A stretch of 64,000 nucleotides of DNA from a bacterium (GCA_014803525.1 JAAVBP010000006.1:5430-69429), one strand, 5' to 3'. Shown: positions 20,154 through 29,182, counted from the first letter of the stretch. Notes: generated by a model not told the origin, from the letters alone. Made by a program: numbers and translations.

Positions 20154-20501
20154 CTATTCACATCGAACCAGCCATAAATCATAATCCGGATGCTGTAATG
20201 GATTATTGCCTGGTTCATTACGGCTCATCCAGCCACTATAGAATGTTTTATCCTGGGCAACCTCTATGAACATAAAGAAATCTTCTGCCTGAAAGGGATC
20301 GGTCTGTTTACAGCTGCGCACCGTTAATTTTAATTTTTCAAAATCCGCACGCTGTCCCACCGGTACACGCAATGAATATGCCTTGCCGGCGGCCTTATTC
20401 ATAACACGTACGACCGCGGTCCCGCGATCGACATAGGCATCTGCGCGTGCTACCCCCAGAATTGCCAACGCAGATACAAAAATACATACTAATTTCTTCA
20501 T
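20154..20501 (-). CDS. DUF2155 family secreted protein
   Basis: VRVMNKAAG...VRSC...YSGWM...PLQHPDYDLWLVRC. Start MKK at 20501 after TTGACA-17-TAATAT-7. Confidence 0.85.
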   Translation of the reverse strand: MKKLVCIFVSALAILGVARADAYVDRGTAVVRVMNKAAGKAYSLRVPVGQRADFEKLKLTVRSCKQTDPFQAEDFFMFIEVAQDKTFYSGWMSRNEPGNNPLQHPDYDLWLVRCE

Positions 20502-20585
20502 ACCAACTATATTAACGCCGACGTTCCCAGATGTCAAACCATAAAGCAGTTGACAAGCGAAATATCTTATGGCAAGATATACCAT

Positions 20586-21512
20586 ATGTTACATAAACAA
20601 CAAAACGTCTTATACAATATTCAGCATAGCAATAATCCGCATCAAGCAGAAAATAATGTCGTAGAATGCGACATCCTTGCAACACTGTTCAAAGATGTGC
20701 AGTTTTCTGAATGTTGCGCACTGGCCGGCGGCAGCACATTGACAATGTCGTATAATATACTGCAACGCAGCAATAATGATATAGATTTAGCCATAACTAA
20801 CTTTAGAACCATAGACAGCTTTACCGGTCGGTTTGAAAAACAGGTGAACAAATTTAGATCTGCCTTTCGCAAGTATTTATTCGGCCCGATATACGAACAG
20901 GTAACAGATATATTATCAGGATATGGTGACATAACCGTCCTGACCGACCCGAAATATATCCAAAACAAACAAACGCCCCAGGCCGCATTGCACATACTTT
21001 ACCCATCTATGATTAGCAGCACCTCGGGACATATATGTTTGGAATTCTCGCCACGCAAGTATTCCCCGGATACAATAGTCCAACAGCCCATCGTCGTGCC
21101 ATATACAAACACAAAAACAATCCCCATTCCGACAGTTCGGCTGGAACAAACTTTTTGGGACAAAATATACGCACTGCACACATATTCGACCGTCCAAAAT
21201 TTATATATAAGACCAACAATATCACGACACTATTATGACGTGGCGTGTATTGCAAAGCATATAAACCTTCCTGATACAAAACATATGCTGCAAAACACCG
21301 CAGATTATCTGGCCCGACATTCAATGCGCAATATTCTGCGTCCAAACGACCTAAGCGATCTGCAGCTGGTCCCCAGTGGCGATTTATATATTGCAATACA
21401 GCAAGATTACAATACAATTAGCAGCAAAGGCATCTTGCCATGCGGCCAATGGGACCAAATTATGAATACATTAACCGAACTGGAAAATAAATTCCGACAA
21501 ACACAAAGGTAA
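20586..21512 (+). CDS. AbiEii-family nucleotidyltransferase (type IV TA toxin-like)
   Basis: LAGGSTL...QRSNNDIDL, EQTFWDK and SRHYYDV motifs. TTGACA-17-CAAGAT-7-ATG(20586). Ends QTQR. Confidence 0.8.
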   Translation: MLHKQQNVLYNIQHSNNPHQAENNVVECDILATLFKDVQFSECCALAGGSTLTMSYNILQRSNNDIDLAITNFRTIDSFTGRFEKQVNKFRSAFRKYLFGPIYEQVTDILSGYGDITVLTDPKYIQNKQTPQAALHILYPSMISSTSGHICLEFSPRKYSPDTIVQQPIVVPYTNTKTIPIPTVRLEQTFWDKIYALHTYSTVQNLYIRPTISRHYYDVACIAKHINLPDTKHMLQNTADYLARHSMRNILRPNDLSDLQLVPSGDLYIAIQQDYNTISSKGILPCGQWDQIMNTLTELENKFRQTQR

Positions 21513-21516
21513 CAGC

Positions 21517-22032
21517 ATGCCGAAATTTGTATTTTCTGATCCACATTTTTTTTCCGAACGTATAATCATCAACTGTCGTCGGCCGTTTTCGTCGATCTCA
21601 GAAATGAACAAAACAATTATACACAGATATAATGAAGTAATAAGCAAGCATGATCGCTGCTATTGGTTGGGCGACGTTATGTATGGCGCCACAAAAGATA
21701 AAGTGCGCGCAATTTTATCCCAAATGCATGGCAGAAAAGATTTAATCTTGGGCAATCATGATCGCAATCATTCGGCAACATGGTGGCGCGACGCAGGTTT
21801 CGACACGGTCTTTGAACACCCAATATATCTTGCCGAAGAATATATAATGTTGTCACATGAACCGTTATTGGAATTTAGATATACAACCCCAACCGTAAAC
21901 ATCCACGGTCATACGCACAATATTAATTTGCCATACCAAAATTTCATAAATGTATGTGTAGAACAAACAAATTACAGACCAGTCCCGTTATGTAATCCAT
22001 TCTTGATCAAGAAACGTGAATTTGAACGTTAA
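21517..22032 (+). CDS. Calcineurin-like metallophosphoesterase
   Basis: SDPHF, LGDV, GNHD, SHEP, HGHTH and NVCVE motifs. Ends EFER. Confidence 0.9.
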   Translation: MPKFVFSDPHFFSERIIINCRRPFSSISEMNKTIIHRYNEVISKHDRCYWLGDVMYGATKDKVRAILSQMHGRKDLILGNHDRNHSATWWRDAGFDTVFEHPIYLAEEYIMLSHEPLLEFRYTTPTVNIHGHTHNINLPYQNFINVCVEQTNYRPVPLCNPFLIKKREFER

Positions 22033-22057
22033 AAAAGTCCCGTTTCCGGGACTTTTT
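22031..22057. terminator. Bidirectional terminator
   Basis: A6-gtcccg-tttc-cgggac-T5 between convergent genes. Confidence 0.75.
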
Positions 22058-22076
22058 ATTATTCGAAACAAACATA

Positions 22077-22469
22077 TTATTTGTTTGCATTCTTTTCAGC
22101 AGATGTCGCCGCCAAGTCTTCAACGATACGTGCCTTTTTACCAGACAGACCGCGCAAGAAGAACAATTTAGCACGACGAACACGACCGATACGTGTCTTT
22201 TCGATTTTTTCGATCGCCGGGCTGTACAGCGGGAATTTACGTTCCACACCAACGCCATATGATTCACGACGAACCGTGAATGACGCGTTGTTGCCATTGC
22301 CACCATCACGTGCGATAACAACACCTTCGAACACCTGGATACGGAATTTATCGCCATCCTTGATTTTGACGTGTACTTTCAGTGTATCACCCGCCTTGAA
22401 ATTCGGGATATTTTTATCGCCTTTCAGTTTTGCTACCTGTGCTTCTTCGATTTTCTTAATAATGCTCAT
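22077..22469 (-). CDS. rplS: 50S ribosomal protein L19
   Basis: [32 protein letters not shown]. Confidence 0.97.
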   Translation of the reverse strand: MSIIKKIEEAQVAKLKGDKNIPNFKAGDTLKVHVKIKDGDKFRIQVFEGVVIARDGGNGNNASFTVRRESYGVGVERKFPLYSPAIEKIEKTRIGRVRRAKLFFLRGLSGKKARIVEDLAATSAEKNANK

Positions 22470-22472
22470 TTT

Positions 22473-23153
22473 TTACTTTTCCTTTATTAAGTCCGGACGA
22501 CGCTCTTTTGTTATTTCGTCCGATTGTTGTTTCCGCCACCGTTCGATATTGCCGTGGTGACCGGACAGCAGGACTTCTGGGACATTTCGTCCACGCCATA
22601 CTGACGGGCGGGTGTATAACGGCCATTCCAGCCCCCCGATTTCAAAACTCTCAGCAGCGGTTGCCTCTGGTCCGCCACCGACCACATTATCTATCAGTCT
22701 GACCGTGCTGTCAACAAAAACTTGCGCGGCAATTTCACCACCCGACAGGATGTAATCACCAATAGATAATTCCATTATATCATATTCTTCAACGATTCGC
22801 TGATCAATTCCTTCGTACCGACCACAGAGCAGGGTGTACGTCGCGTCTTTATCCGCCGCAAAGCCGCGAACCATGCGCTGTTGCAGCGTGGGGCCGCGCG
22901 GTGAAAAATATATCACTTTACCGCGATTTTTGATAGAATCCAGCGCCGCACCCAAAACATCCGGCCGCATAACCATACCTTTGCCGCCACCGAATTGTTC
23001 GTCATCAACACTGCCATAGCTGTTGATGGCAAAGTCACGAATGTTTATGACGTCATATGTCCAGATGCCCTTATCCAGCGCGCGACCAACAACCCCGGCA
23101 CCAAGCGTCCCTGGAAACATTTCTGGAAAAATTGTCAGGATATTAAAGTGCAT
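22473..23153 (-). CDS. trmD: tRNA (guanine-N1)-methyltransferase
   Basis: VDDEQFGGGKGM, CGRYEGID, SIGDYILSGGE, VPEVLLSGHH. Confidence 0.97.
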   Translation of the reverse strand: MHFNILTIFPEMFPGTLGAGVVGRALDKGIWTYDVINIRDFAINSYGSVDDEQFGGGKGMVMRPDVLGAALDSIKNRGKVIYFSPRGPTLQQRMVRGFAADKDATYTLLCGRYEGIDQRIVEEYDIMELSIGDYILSGGEIAAQVFVDSTVRLIDNVVGGGPEATAAESFEIGGLEWPLYTRPSVWRGRNVPEVLLSGHHGNIERWRKQQSDEITKERRPDLIKEK

Positions 23154-23157
23154 GCAA

Positions 23158-23388
23158 TTATCTCGACTTGTGCTGACATTTATCGCAAATATTTTTAATC
23201 AATTTTTTTGGATTGCAATATAATGATTCCTCAAAGAAGATATGCTTACAATCATCTTGAATCACAACCACATATTTTATATCTAACTCTTTTGCGTATG
23301 TGAACGCTGGACAACGATCACCCGACGGACACTTTACAGACGCGAACGGTTCTGAATCATCAAAATACAGTTTTCTATTTTCCATCAT
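23158..23388 (-). CDS. Cys-rich microprotein (family A), ends HKSR
   Basis: Fills the operon gap with 1-4 nt spacers. C-x5-CP...ICDKC pattern shared with its neighbour. Confidence 0.65.
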   Translation of the reverse strand: MMENRKLYFDDSEPFASVKCPSGDRCPAFTYAKELDIKYVVVIQDDCKHIFFEESLYCNPKKLIKNICDKCQHKSR

Positions 23389-23389
23389 T

Positions 23390-23626
23390 TTATCTTGCCT
23401 TTACGTTACAATTCATACACAGTTCCATTATCTCTGCCTTCAAATGACGTGTCTGACCAATAACAGTCCCGATATTAATACATTGCCCAGCAACCGAAGC
23501 ACACACATACCCGGCACCAGATGAATATCTTTTCTGTTGCAACATGGTATAGACTGGGCAATTCAAAACCGGAATATCGCATTCCACAGTTGCCAAACCA
23601 CGATTATTAACAATAAATTCTTTCAT
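23390..23626 (-). CDS. Cys-rich microprotein (family A), ends VKAR
   Basis: Starts 1 nt after the rimM stop. C-x6-CP...LCMNC pattern. Confidence 0.65.
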   Translation of the reverse strand: MKEFIVNNRGLATVECDIPVLNCPVYTMLQQKRYSSGAGYVCASVAGQCINIGTVIGQTRHLKAEIMELCMNCNVKAR

Positions 23627-23627
23627 T

Positions 23628-24092
23628 TTAACCAACCACTATCTTTTTTGCGTCCATATCAACATCGGCACCAATAAACGACACCATGTCACCATTTTCA
23701 AGTTCGATAATATCACCGGCACCAAAGTTCTGAAAGCACACAACGCGACCAATATTTTCGCCCGCGCGCACAACATCAAAACCAATCAAATCCGCCTGAT
23801 AATATTCGCCGTCACGCACCGCGGGCAGGGCATCGCGCGATATAAAGAGTTCTGTGCCACGCAAAGCCTCCACCGCGGTACGGTCTGCATAACCATTTAT
23901 CCGCGCAATAATCACATCGGACGTTGGATTTAAGCGCCGCACAAACTTAAAGTCGGCGGCCGCAAACTTATCACTTTCCACAGAAAGCACGGCAAAATCC
24001 ATCGGTGATGCAGTGTATGTTTGCACGCGCACTTCGCCCCGGATACCCTGGGGCGCAACAATTTTCCCGATCAAGATTTTTTTATCGTCCAT
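23628..24092 (-). CDS. rimM: Ribosome maturation factor RimM
   Basis: GKIVAPQGIRGEV, EYYQADLIG, NFGAGDIIE. Start MDDKK at 24092. Confidence 0.93.
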   Translation of the reverse strand: MDDKKILIGKIVAPQGIRGEVRVQTYTASPMDFAVLSVESDKFAAADFKFVRRLNPTSDVIIARINGYADRTAVEALRGTELFISRDALPAVRDGEYYQADLIGFDVVRAGENIGRVVCFQNFGAGDIIELENGDMVSFIGADVDMDAKKIVVG

Positions 24093-24094
24093 TT

Positions 24095-24289
24095 TTATCT
24101 CTGTTTTTGCGCAGCCAGACACCGTGGACACAAGTCTTTCTTGCACGGGCACCGGTCCGTCCCAGTTCTGAAAGTTGTAAGTTCACCCGATTCCAGTGCT
24201 AATTTCATCTGGCGATAAAATTCGTCCAGTTCATATTGTAAATCGCATTTGATATTTGCATTATATGAACAAAATGTGCGATTTGCCAT
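24095..24289 (-). CDS. Cys-rich microprotein (family B), ends QKQR
   Basis: CSYNANIKC...CPCKKDLCPRCLAAQKQR. Paralogous to the upstream neighbour. Confidence 0.65.
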   Translation of the reverse strand: MANRTFCSYNANIKCDLQYELDEFYRQMKLALESGELTTFRTGTDRCPCKKDLCPRCLAAQKQR

Positions 24290-24295
24290 AATTAT

Positions 24296-24535
24296 CTACC
24301 TTTGCTTTTGTTGTGCGGCCAGATACCGCGGACAACCATTTGGGTCCAGTATGCATTTCTGCGGCCAATCCGCGTTATGCGGGAACGCCATCCCGGGACG
24401 CCACGCCAGTGCCAAAGCAACAAATATATTTACCATGTCATCATGGGTGCACAGTATGCGATTATCATATTTACAATGACAATCCGCCGAGCGCCCCCAA
24501 TCATACGGAGAATAAATCACTTTTTTAGTATACAT
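24296..24535 (-). CDS. Cys-rich microprotein (family B), ends QKQR
   Basis: CKYDNRILC...CILDPNGCPRYLAAQQKQR. Probable start MYTKK at 24535. Confidence 0.6.
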   Translation of the reverse strand: MYTKKVIYSPYDWGRSADCHCKYDNRILCTHDDMVNIFVALALAWRPGMAFPHNADWPQKCILDPNGCPRYLAAQQKQR

Positions 24536-24561
24536 ACCGACACACCATATGCCATTAAACA

Positions 24562-24586
24562 ATTGCCCGGGATGGGCCCGGGCAAT
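24562..24586 (-). terminator. Strong hairpin immediately after rpsP (attenuator or processing site)
   Basis: attgcccggg-atggg-cccgggcaat, a perfect 10-bp stem with a weak U-tract. Confidence 0.55.
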
Positions 24587-24593
24587 CATTATA

Positions 24594-24992
24594 TTATTCC
24601 GCAGATTCTGCCGGGGCCTCGGCTGCCGCTTTGGCGGCTTCTGCTGCCTTGGCCTGTTTTTCTGCCTTGTCCTTAATCTTCATCTGGGTCTTTTCAGACT
24701 GCAGGTGTTTTTTTGTCTGAACCGGAACGGCTTTCTTTGCAACCAAGCCCGCGTTCGCCAAGAATTTGTAAACGCGATCTGACGGTTTTGCACCCTTGGC
24801 CATCCAAGCCTTAACTTCTTCGACCTTCAGAACAACGCGCTTGTCGCTGTCTTTGGCCTGCATCGGGTCGTATTTACCAACAACCTCTAAAACGTTACCG
24901 GAATTACGCGCATTGCGGGAATCCGTCACAACGATGTGATAATACGGACGTTTTTTTGCACCATAGCGCGCCAAACGAATAACTGTTGCCAT
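24594..24992 (-). CDS. rpsP: 30S ribosomal protein S16
   Basis: IRLARYGAKKRPYYHIVVTDSR, GAKPSDRV. Confidence 0.97.
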   Translation of the reverse strand: MATVIRLARYGAKKRPYYHIVVTDSRNARNSGNVLEVVGKYDPMQAKDSDKRVVLKVEEVKAWMAKGAKPSDRVYKFLANAGLVAKKAVPVQTKKHLQSEKTQMKIKDKAEKQAKAAEAAKAAAEAPAESAE

Positions 24993-25032
24993 TTCTTGTA
25001 CTCCTTGTATAAATTAACTCTACACCAAAACC

Positions 25033-25102
25033 GCCATCAAGAGCGAGCACTCGCCGGTTGATGTTCCACACGCATACTGCGAACTGGATTTATTTTGATG
25101 GC
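25033..25102 (-). promoter_or_regulatory. Structured 5' leader of rpsP
   Basis: gccatcaa/ttgatggc stem enclosing two hairpins, downstream of a TTGACT-17-CATAAT promoter (about 25125-25153, minus strand). Confidence 0.5.
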
Positions 25103-25227
25103 AATCTTTGGGATTTGCAACCATATTATGTACTACATTTTGTCAAAAGTCAAATATTTTCATCCAAGTACTTTCCGACATACCGCCGGTTAACTTTTTC
25201 CTCCATCTCTCTTATTCTCTTTTCACT

Positions 25228-25256
25228 AAAAAAATCCCCCGAACGGGGGATTTTTT
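25228..25256 (-). terminator. Terminator after the GDH gene
   Basis: atccccc-gaac-gggggat flanked by A and T tracts. Confidence 0.75.
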
Positions 25257-25260
25257 GTTT

Positions 25261-26514
25261 TTAGCACCATCCGCGTAGTTGCATTGCGGTTGCAACGCGC
25301 TTGATAGAGTGCATGTATGCCGCCTCGCGCATTGTGACGTTGTATTCTGTTTTGATTTTATAGATTGCGTCAAATGCGTCTTTCATCGCAATTTCTTCTT
25401 TTTGTTCAACTTCGTCTTCGCCCCAGTAATAGCCATAACGATTCTGAACCCATTCAAAGTAAGAAACCGTAACACCACCGGCGTTGGCCAGAATATCCGG
25501 TACAACCATAACACCTTTGGCATTCAAGATTTCTTCACCATCGATTGTGGTCGGACCGTTTGCACCTTCGACCACCAATGGCGCCTTGATCAGCGGCGCT
25601 GTTTCTTTGGTAATTGTGTTTTCCATCGCACACGGCGACATAACATCAACATCCAAAGACCAGAACTGTTCCGCACTTATTTCAGATGCACCCGGAAAAC
25701 CCTTAACACTGCCTTTGTTATCAGCCTTGTACTGCATCAATGCATCAACATCGATACCGTTTTCATTAAACAGAATCGCATTCCATTCAGCAATGGCAAC
25801 AATTTTTGCCCCCATATCACGGCTGCATTTTGCGGTAAAGCTGCCCACGTTTCCAAAGCCCTGGATTGCAATCTTGGCGCCTTTCATATCCTTGCCCTGG
25901 GTCTGCAGCGCCTTGGCAATAACAATGGAAATCCCAAGTCCAGTTGCACGCGTACGTCCCTTGGACCCCGCCAACTCGACCGGCTTGCCGGTGAATGTAC
26001 CGAACGATGCCTCGCCCGATAATTTTATATATTCATCAATCATCCAAGACATAATCTGACCGTTGGTGTTAACGTCGGGGGCCGGCACGTCGCGCTTTTC
26101 ACCCAAAATCGGATAAATTGCATCAACATACGCACGGCACAGGCGTTCCAGCTCACCAGTCGACAATTCTTTTGGATCAACGATAATGCCGCCTTTGCCA
26201 CCGCCATACGGAATACCGGTAACGGCGCATTTGAACGTCATCCAAATGGACAGGGCGGCAACCTCGTCCCGCGATACCATCGGATGGAAACGAACACCAC
26301 CCTTGGACGGACCGATTGCCGTATTATGCTGTGCACGAAATCCAGTAAACACCTTGATTGTGCCATCATCCATTTTAACAGGTATCGAAACTTCAAACAT
26401 ACGCTGCGGATTTTTCAGAATTTCATACACATCAGATTTTAACCCCAGTTTGTCGCACGCCACTTTTACCCGACGCTGGGCGGCCAACAGAGGATTTAAA
26501 TTTTCACCACTCAT
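25261..26514 (-). CDS. gdhA: Glutamate dehydrogenase (Glu/Leu/Phe/Val family, clostridial GluD-like)
   Basis: GPSKGGVRF, PYGGGKGG, DVPAPDV, QGFGNVG, EGANGP, NAGGVTVSYFEWVQN. Confidence 0.93.
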   Translation of the reverse strand: MSGENLNPLLAAQRRVKVACDKLGLKSDVYEILKNPQRMFEVSIPVKMDDGTIKVFTGFRAQHNTAIGPSKGGVRFHPMVSRDEVAALSIWMTFKCAVTGIPYGGGKGGIIVDPKELSTGELERLCRAYVDAIYPILGEKRDVPAPDVNTNGQIMSWMIDEYIKLSGEASFGTFTGKPVELAGSKGRTRATGLGISIVIAKALQTQGKDMKGAKIAIQGFGNVGSFTAKCSRDMGAKIVAIAEWNAILFNENGIDVDALMQYKADNKGSVKGFPGASEISAEQFWSLDVDVMSPCAMENTITKETAPLIKAPLVVEGANGPTTIDGEEILNAKGVMVVPDILANAGGVTVSYFEWVQNRYGYYWGEDEVEQKEEIAMKDAFDAIYKIKTEYNVTMREAAYMHSIKRVATAMQLRGWC

Positions 26515-26641
26515 GATTTACTCCCTTTGATAGGTGATATTGAACACGAAACAATATAACAGTATAAGAGTTTCCCAAACAAAAGCACGAACTTTTTAAA
26601 CTGGACTTTTGTATAGAAATAGTATAGAATGCTCACCGCAT

Positions 26642-26715
26642 GCGGGCATGGTATAATGGTAGCACGTCAGCTTCCCAAGCTGAAGACGAGGGTTCGATTC
26701 CCTTTGCCCGCACCA
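26642..26715 (+). tRNA. tRNA-Gly(CCC)
   Basis: GCGGGCA/TGCCCGC acceptor, tcagc-ttCCCaa-gctga anticodon arm, GGTTCGATTCC, CCA. Promoter TGGACT-17-TAGAAT at 26602-26630. Confidence 0.96.
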
Positions 26716-26721
26716 AGAATC

Positions 26722-26749
26722 AAATCGGCCTTGCGCCGATTTTATTTTT
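26722..26749 (+). terminator. Terminator after tRNA-Gly
   Basis: aaatcggc-cttgc-gccgattt followed by a T-tract. Confidence 0.7.
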
Positions 26750-26754
26750 GGATT

Positions 26755-26866
26755 GTGGCGACGGAATTGAACCCGACAGAGTCGCGCCAGCGACGAAGGG
26801 TTCGGAACGCAGCGCGGCGACAGCCAAGGTAGTGCCCGATCAATACCGTGATAGGTCCGGGATTAT
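26755..26866. repeat. GC-rich palindromic element downstream of tRNA-Gly
   Basis: ggaattgaaccc is complementary to the tRNA T-arm. Nested hairpin gaaccc...gtcgc-gcca-gcgac...gggttc. Confidence 0.4.
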
Positions 26867-26867
26867 C

Positions 26868-27983
26868 TTAATATTCTTTTACTGGTATCTGCAACAATTG
26901 CTTTGGATAAATCAAATCTGGATTTTCGATATTATTACGTTCGGCAATCATACTAAACAATATTCCACGGCGCAAAAAATTACGCGCAATAATCCACAAA
27001 CAATCACCACGACGAACAGTATAGAAAGTATCATCATCACCAGTCATTTCCGGCATCGTAAAAGTATGCTTAATCGTTGCAACCGTACGCCCATCACCAT
27101 CATGCAGACGCACCGCCAATGTATATTCACGCCCCGGAACCAATTCACCTACATCCGCGCCCAGTCCAAAATGACGATGATCAGAGACGCGTGCAAACCC
27201 TATGTACTTATCATCCAATGTCAATGACACACGCAAACGCGGCAACGCATCACCCGTTACAACAATACGCCCCGTGTCCAAATAGTCTATTTTTGATACA
27301 ACCAAATCACCATCATGCAATTTTGTCGGCGCCTGCAACAATGTACTGCCATCCGGTGTAATTAATAAAGAAACAGAATTTTTATACCCATGTTCCGACA
27401 CGTATATGAATACTTTATCTTCTGATTTCATATCGGGATTTACACCCAACAGACTAATTGTATAATTCCCAGGACGCAACGGATGTATCGGTGCATAAAC
27501 AAATTCGCCATCATTGTCCGTGCGCTCGGTCGCAACAATCTTGCCATTCAGAACAATTGAAATATTTTGCTGGGGCTGACCACGCCCGGCAACAACAATA
27601 TTTCCATCTGGCTCAATCCGGACAATATCAAATGATGGACCATGATCAACATCCACCGAACGCACCACCGGTTCCGGAACCGCCGGAATAACAATCACCG
27701 TATGTGATGTTGTACGCAAAAACATAACCCATATCGCAATAACGATAACCACCAATGCACAAATTATCGGGAACCAATACGCACACAGGCCACGACGTAT
27801 ATTTTGCGAACGCGCGGGCGCAACTTCATCTTTTTTTTGGGCAGGGCGGGCAAATATATTCAGCGTATGCAGGAAACGCTGCGCGAATGCACGTCTGTTT
27901 TCCATCCAAGAATTTTGTTGCGCAATCGCATTATCAATCAATTCATCTGTGCTGCGTTTTATTTTTGTCTTTTTCTTTGCCAT
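26868..27983 (-). CDS. Membrane-anchored Ig-like + LysM peptidoglycan-binding protein
   Basis: TM helix, PSFDIVRIEPDG domain, C-terminal LysM (TVRRGDCLWIIA...NPDLIYP). Confidence 0.88.
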   Translation of the reverse strand: MAKKKTKIKRSTDELIDNAIAQQNSWMENRRAFAQRFLHTLNIFARPAQKKDEVAPARSQNIRRGLCAYWFPIICALVVIVIAIWVMFLRTTSHTVIVIPAVPEPVVRSVDVDHGPSFDIVRIEPDGNIVVAGRGQPQQNISIVLNGKIVATERTDNDGEFVYAPIHPLRPGNYTISLLGVNPDMKSEDKVFIYVSEHGYKNSVSLLITPDGSTLLQAPTKLHDGDLVVSKIDYLDTGRIVVTGDALPRLRVSLTLDDKYIGFARVSDHRHFGLGADVGELVPGREYTLAVRLHDGDGRTVATIKHTFTMPEMTGDDDTFYTVRRGDCLWIIARNFLRRGILFSMIAERNNIENPDLIYPKQLLQIPVKEY

Positions 27984-28093
27984 AATTTAAATCTCCGAAA
28001 AAACTTTAACACCTAGACAAATTATTACAAAAGTTGTTTCTTTGTCAACCCAAATATGTTATAATCCAACAGCAAAAAAGAGGAATATAGAAA

Positions 28094-29182
28094 ATGAGCA
28101 ACAAAAAAAGAATTGGTATTATGACCACTGGCGGTGATTGCAGTGGCCTGAACACAGTAATCCAGCGCGTTGTCCGTGGCGCAGGCATGCGAGGTTGGTC
28201 CGTTATTGGTATTCGTGGTGGAACGGACGGCTTGTATTGCACCCCGGCGGACGCTATTGAATTAACAAACGAAAATACACCTGTTGAATTGTCACGCATA
28301 TCAGGCAGCGTCCTGCACAACGGCAGTGACGGCGCAATGAATTTTGAAAAGGCCGCAACCCAGGGTATTTTACCAGAATATGTGGAACGTCTGCATAAAA
28401 ACTTGGCAGATTTGAATTTGGATACACTGATTTTAATTGGCGGCAACGGCAGTATGTCTTTGGCATGGAGTTTCAAAGAAATGTACACCGGCGTTAAATT
28501 GGTATGCGTTCCAAAAACAATTGATATGGATGTGCCATTAACCGATGCAACAATCGGTTTTAACACCGCCGCACAACAGTTAACAAATTTCTGCGACCAA
28601 TTAATCCTTAGCGCACGCAGCCATCATCGCTGGTTCGTCGTTCAGGCAATGGGCCGTGATTGCGGCAAATTAGCATTAGAAGCAGGCGTTGCCACAGGTG
28701 CCACCGCAATATTAATGCCCGAAATAAAATTCAATGTGGAAAATTTAATCGAACACATTAAAAATGCCCCAACAGATTACGGTATTGTAATCGTATCCGA
28801 AGGCGTATCATTGCGTGGCCATTCTGGCAAAGCAGCCGAAATGATCGCGCGCCAGCTGTCTGCGGCCGGTATTGTATGCCGCGCAGAATACCCCGAACAT
28901 TTCCAGCGTGCAGGAGATACAACAGTGACAGACCGTGTAATTGCCGCATCAATGGCGGACTGCGCATTACATGCAATTGAAAACAATGAAACATACGTTA
29001 TGACCGCAATGGAAAACGGCGAATGCAAAACTATCGCACTGGCCGAATTCTTTAACCATGGCGATTTGATTCCGGACCCACACATTCCTGGCGTCCAAAC
29101 ATCAAATGCATATGTCGAACCAGACGACCCGTTATTGCACGTGGCGCGCGACCTGGGCGCATATATTGGTGAAGTTAAATAA
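28094..29182 (+). CDS. pfkA: 6-phosphofructokinase
   Basis: TTGGDCSGLN, IGGNGS (Gly at the ATP-type position), PKTID, MGRDCG. Confidence 0.9.
   Translation: MSNKKRIGIMTTGGDCSGLNTVIQRVVRGAGMRGWSVIGIRGGTDGLYCTPADAIELTNENTPVELSRISGSVLHNGSDGAMNFEKAATQGILPEYVERLHKNLADLNLDTLILIGGNGSMSLAWSFKEMYTGVKLVCVPKTIDMDVPLTDATIGFNTAAQQLTNFCDQLILSARSHHRWFVVQAMGRDCGKLALEAGVATGATAILMPEIKFNVENLIEHIKNAPTDYGIVIVSEGVSLRGHSGKAAEMIARQLSAAGIVCRAEYPEHFQRAGDTTVTDRVIAASMADCALHAIENNETYVMTAMENGECKTIALAEFFNHGDLIPDPHIPGVQTSNAYVEPDDPLLHVARDLGAYIGEVK

Noticed and set aside
23158-24535. Integron-like cassette array, suggested by recurring AGATAA(A)ATG junctions
   Set aside because: Spacers are 1-6 nt with no attC-like palindromes or integrase, and other Arg-terminal ORFs use CGT codons. 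The junction is better explained by Arg-stop plus translational coupling.
25033-25102. SRP RNA near rpsP
   Set aside because: Lacks the conserved CAGG-CCGGAAGG-AGCA domain IV motif.
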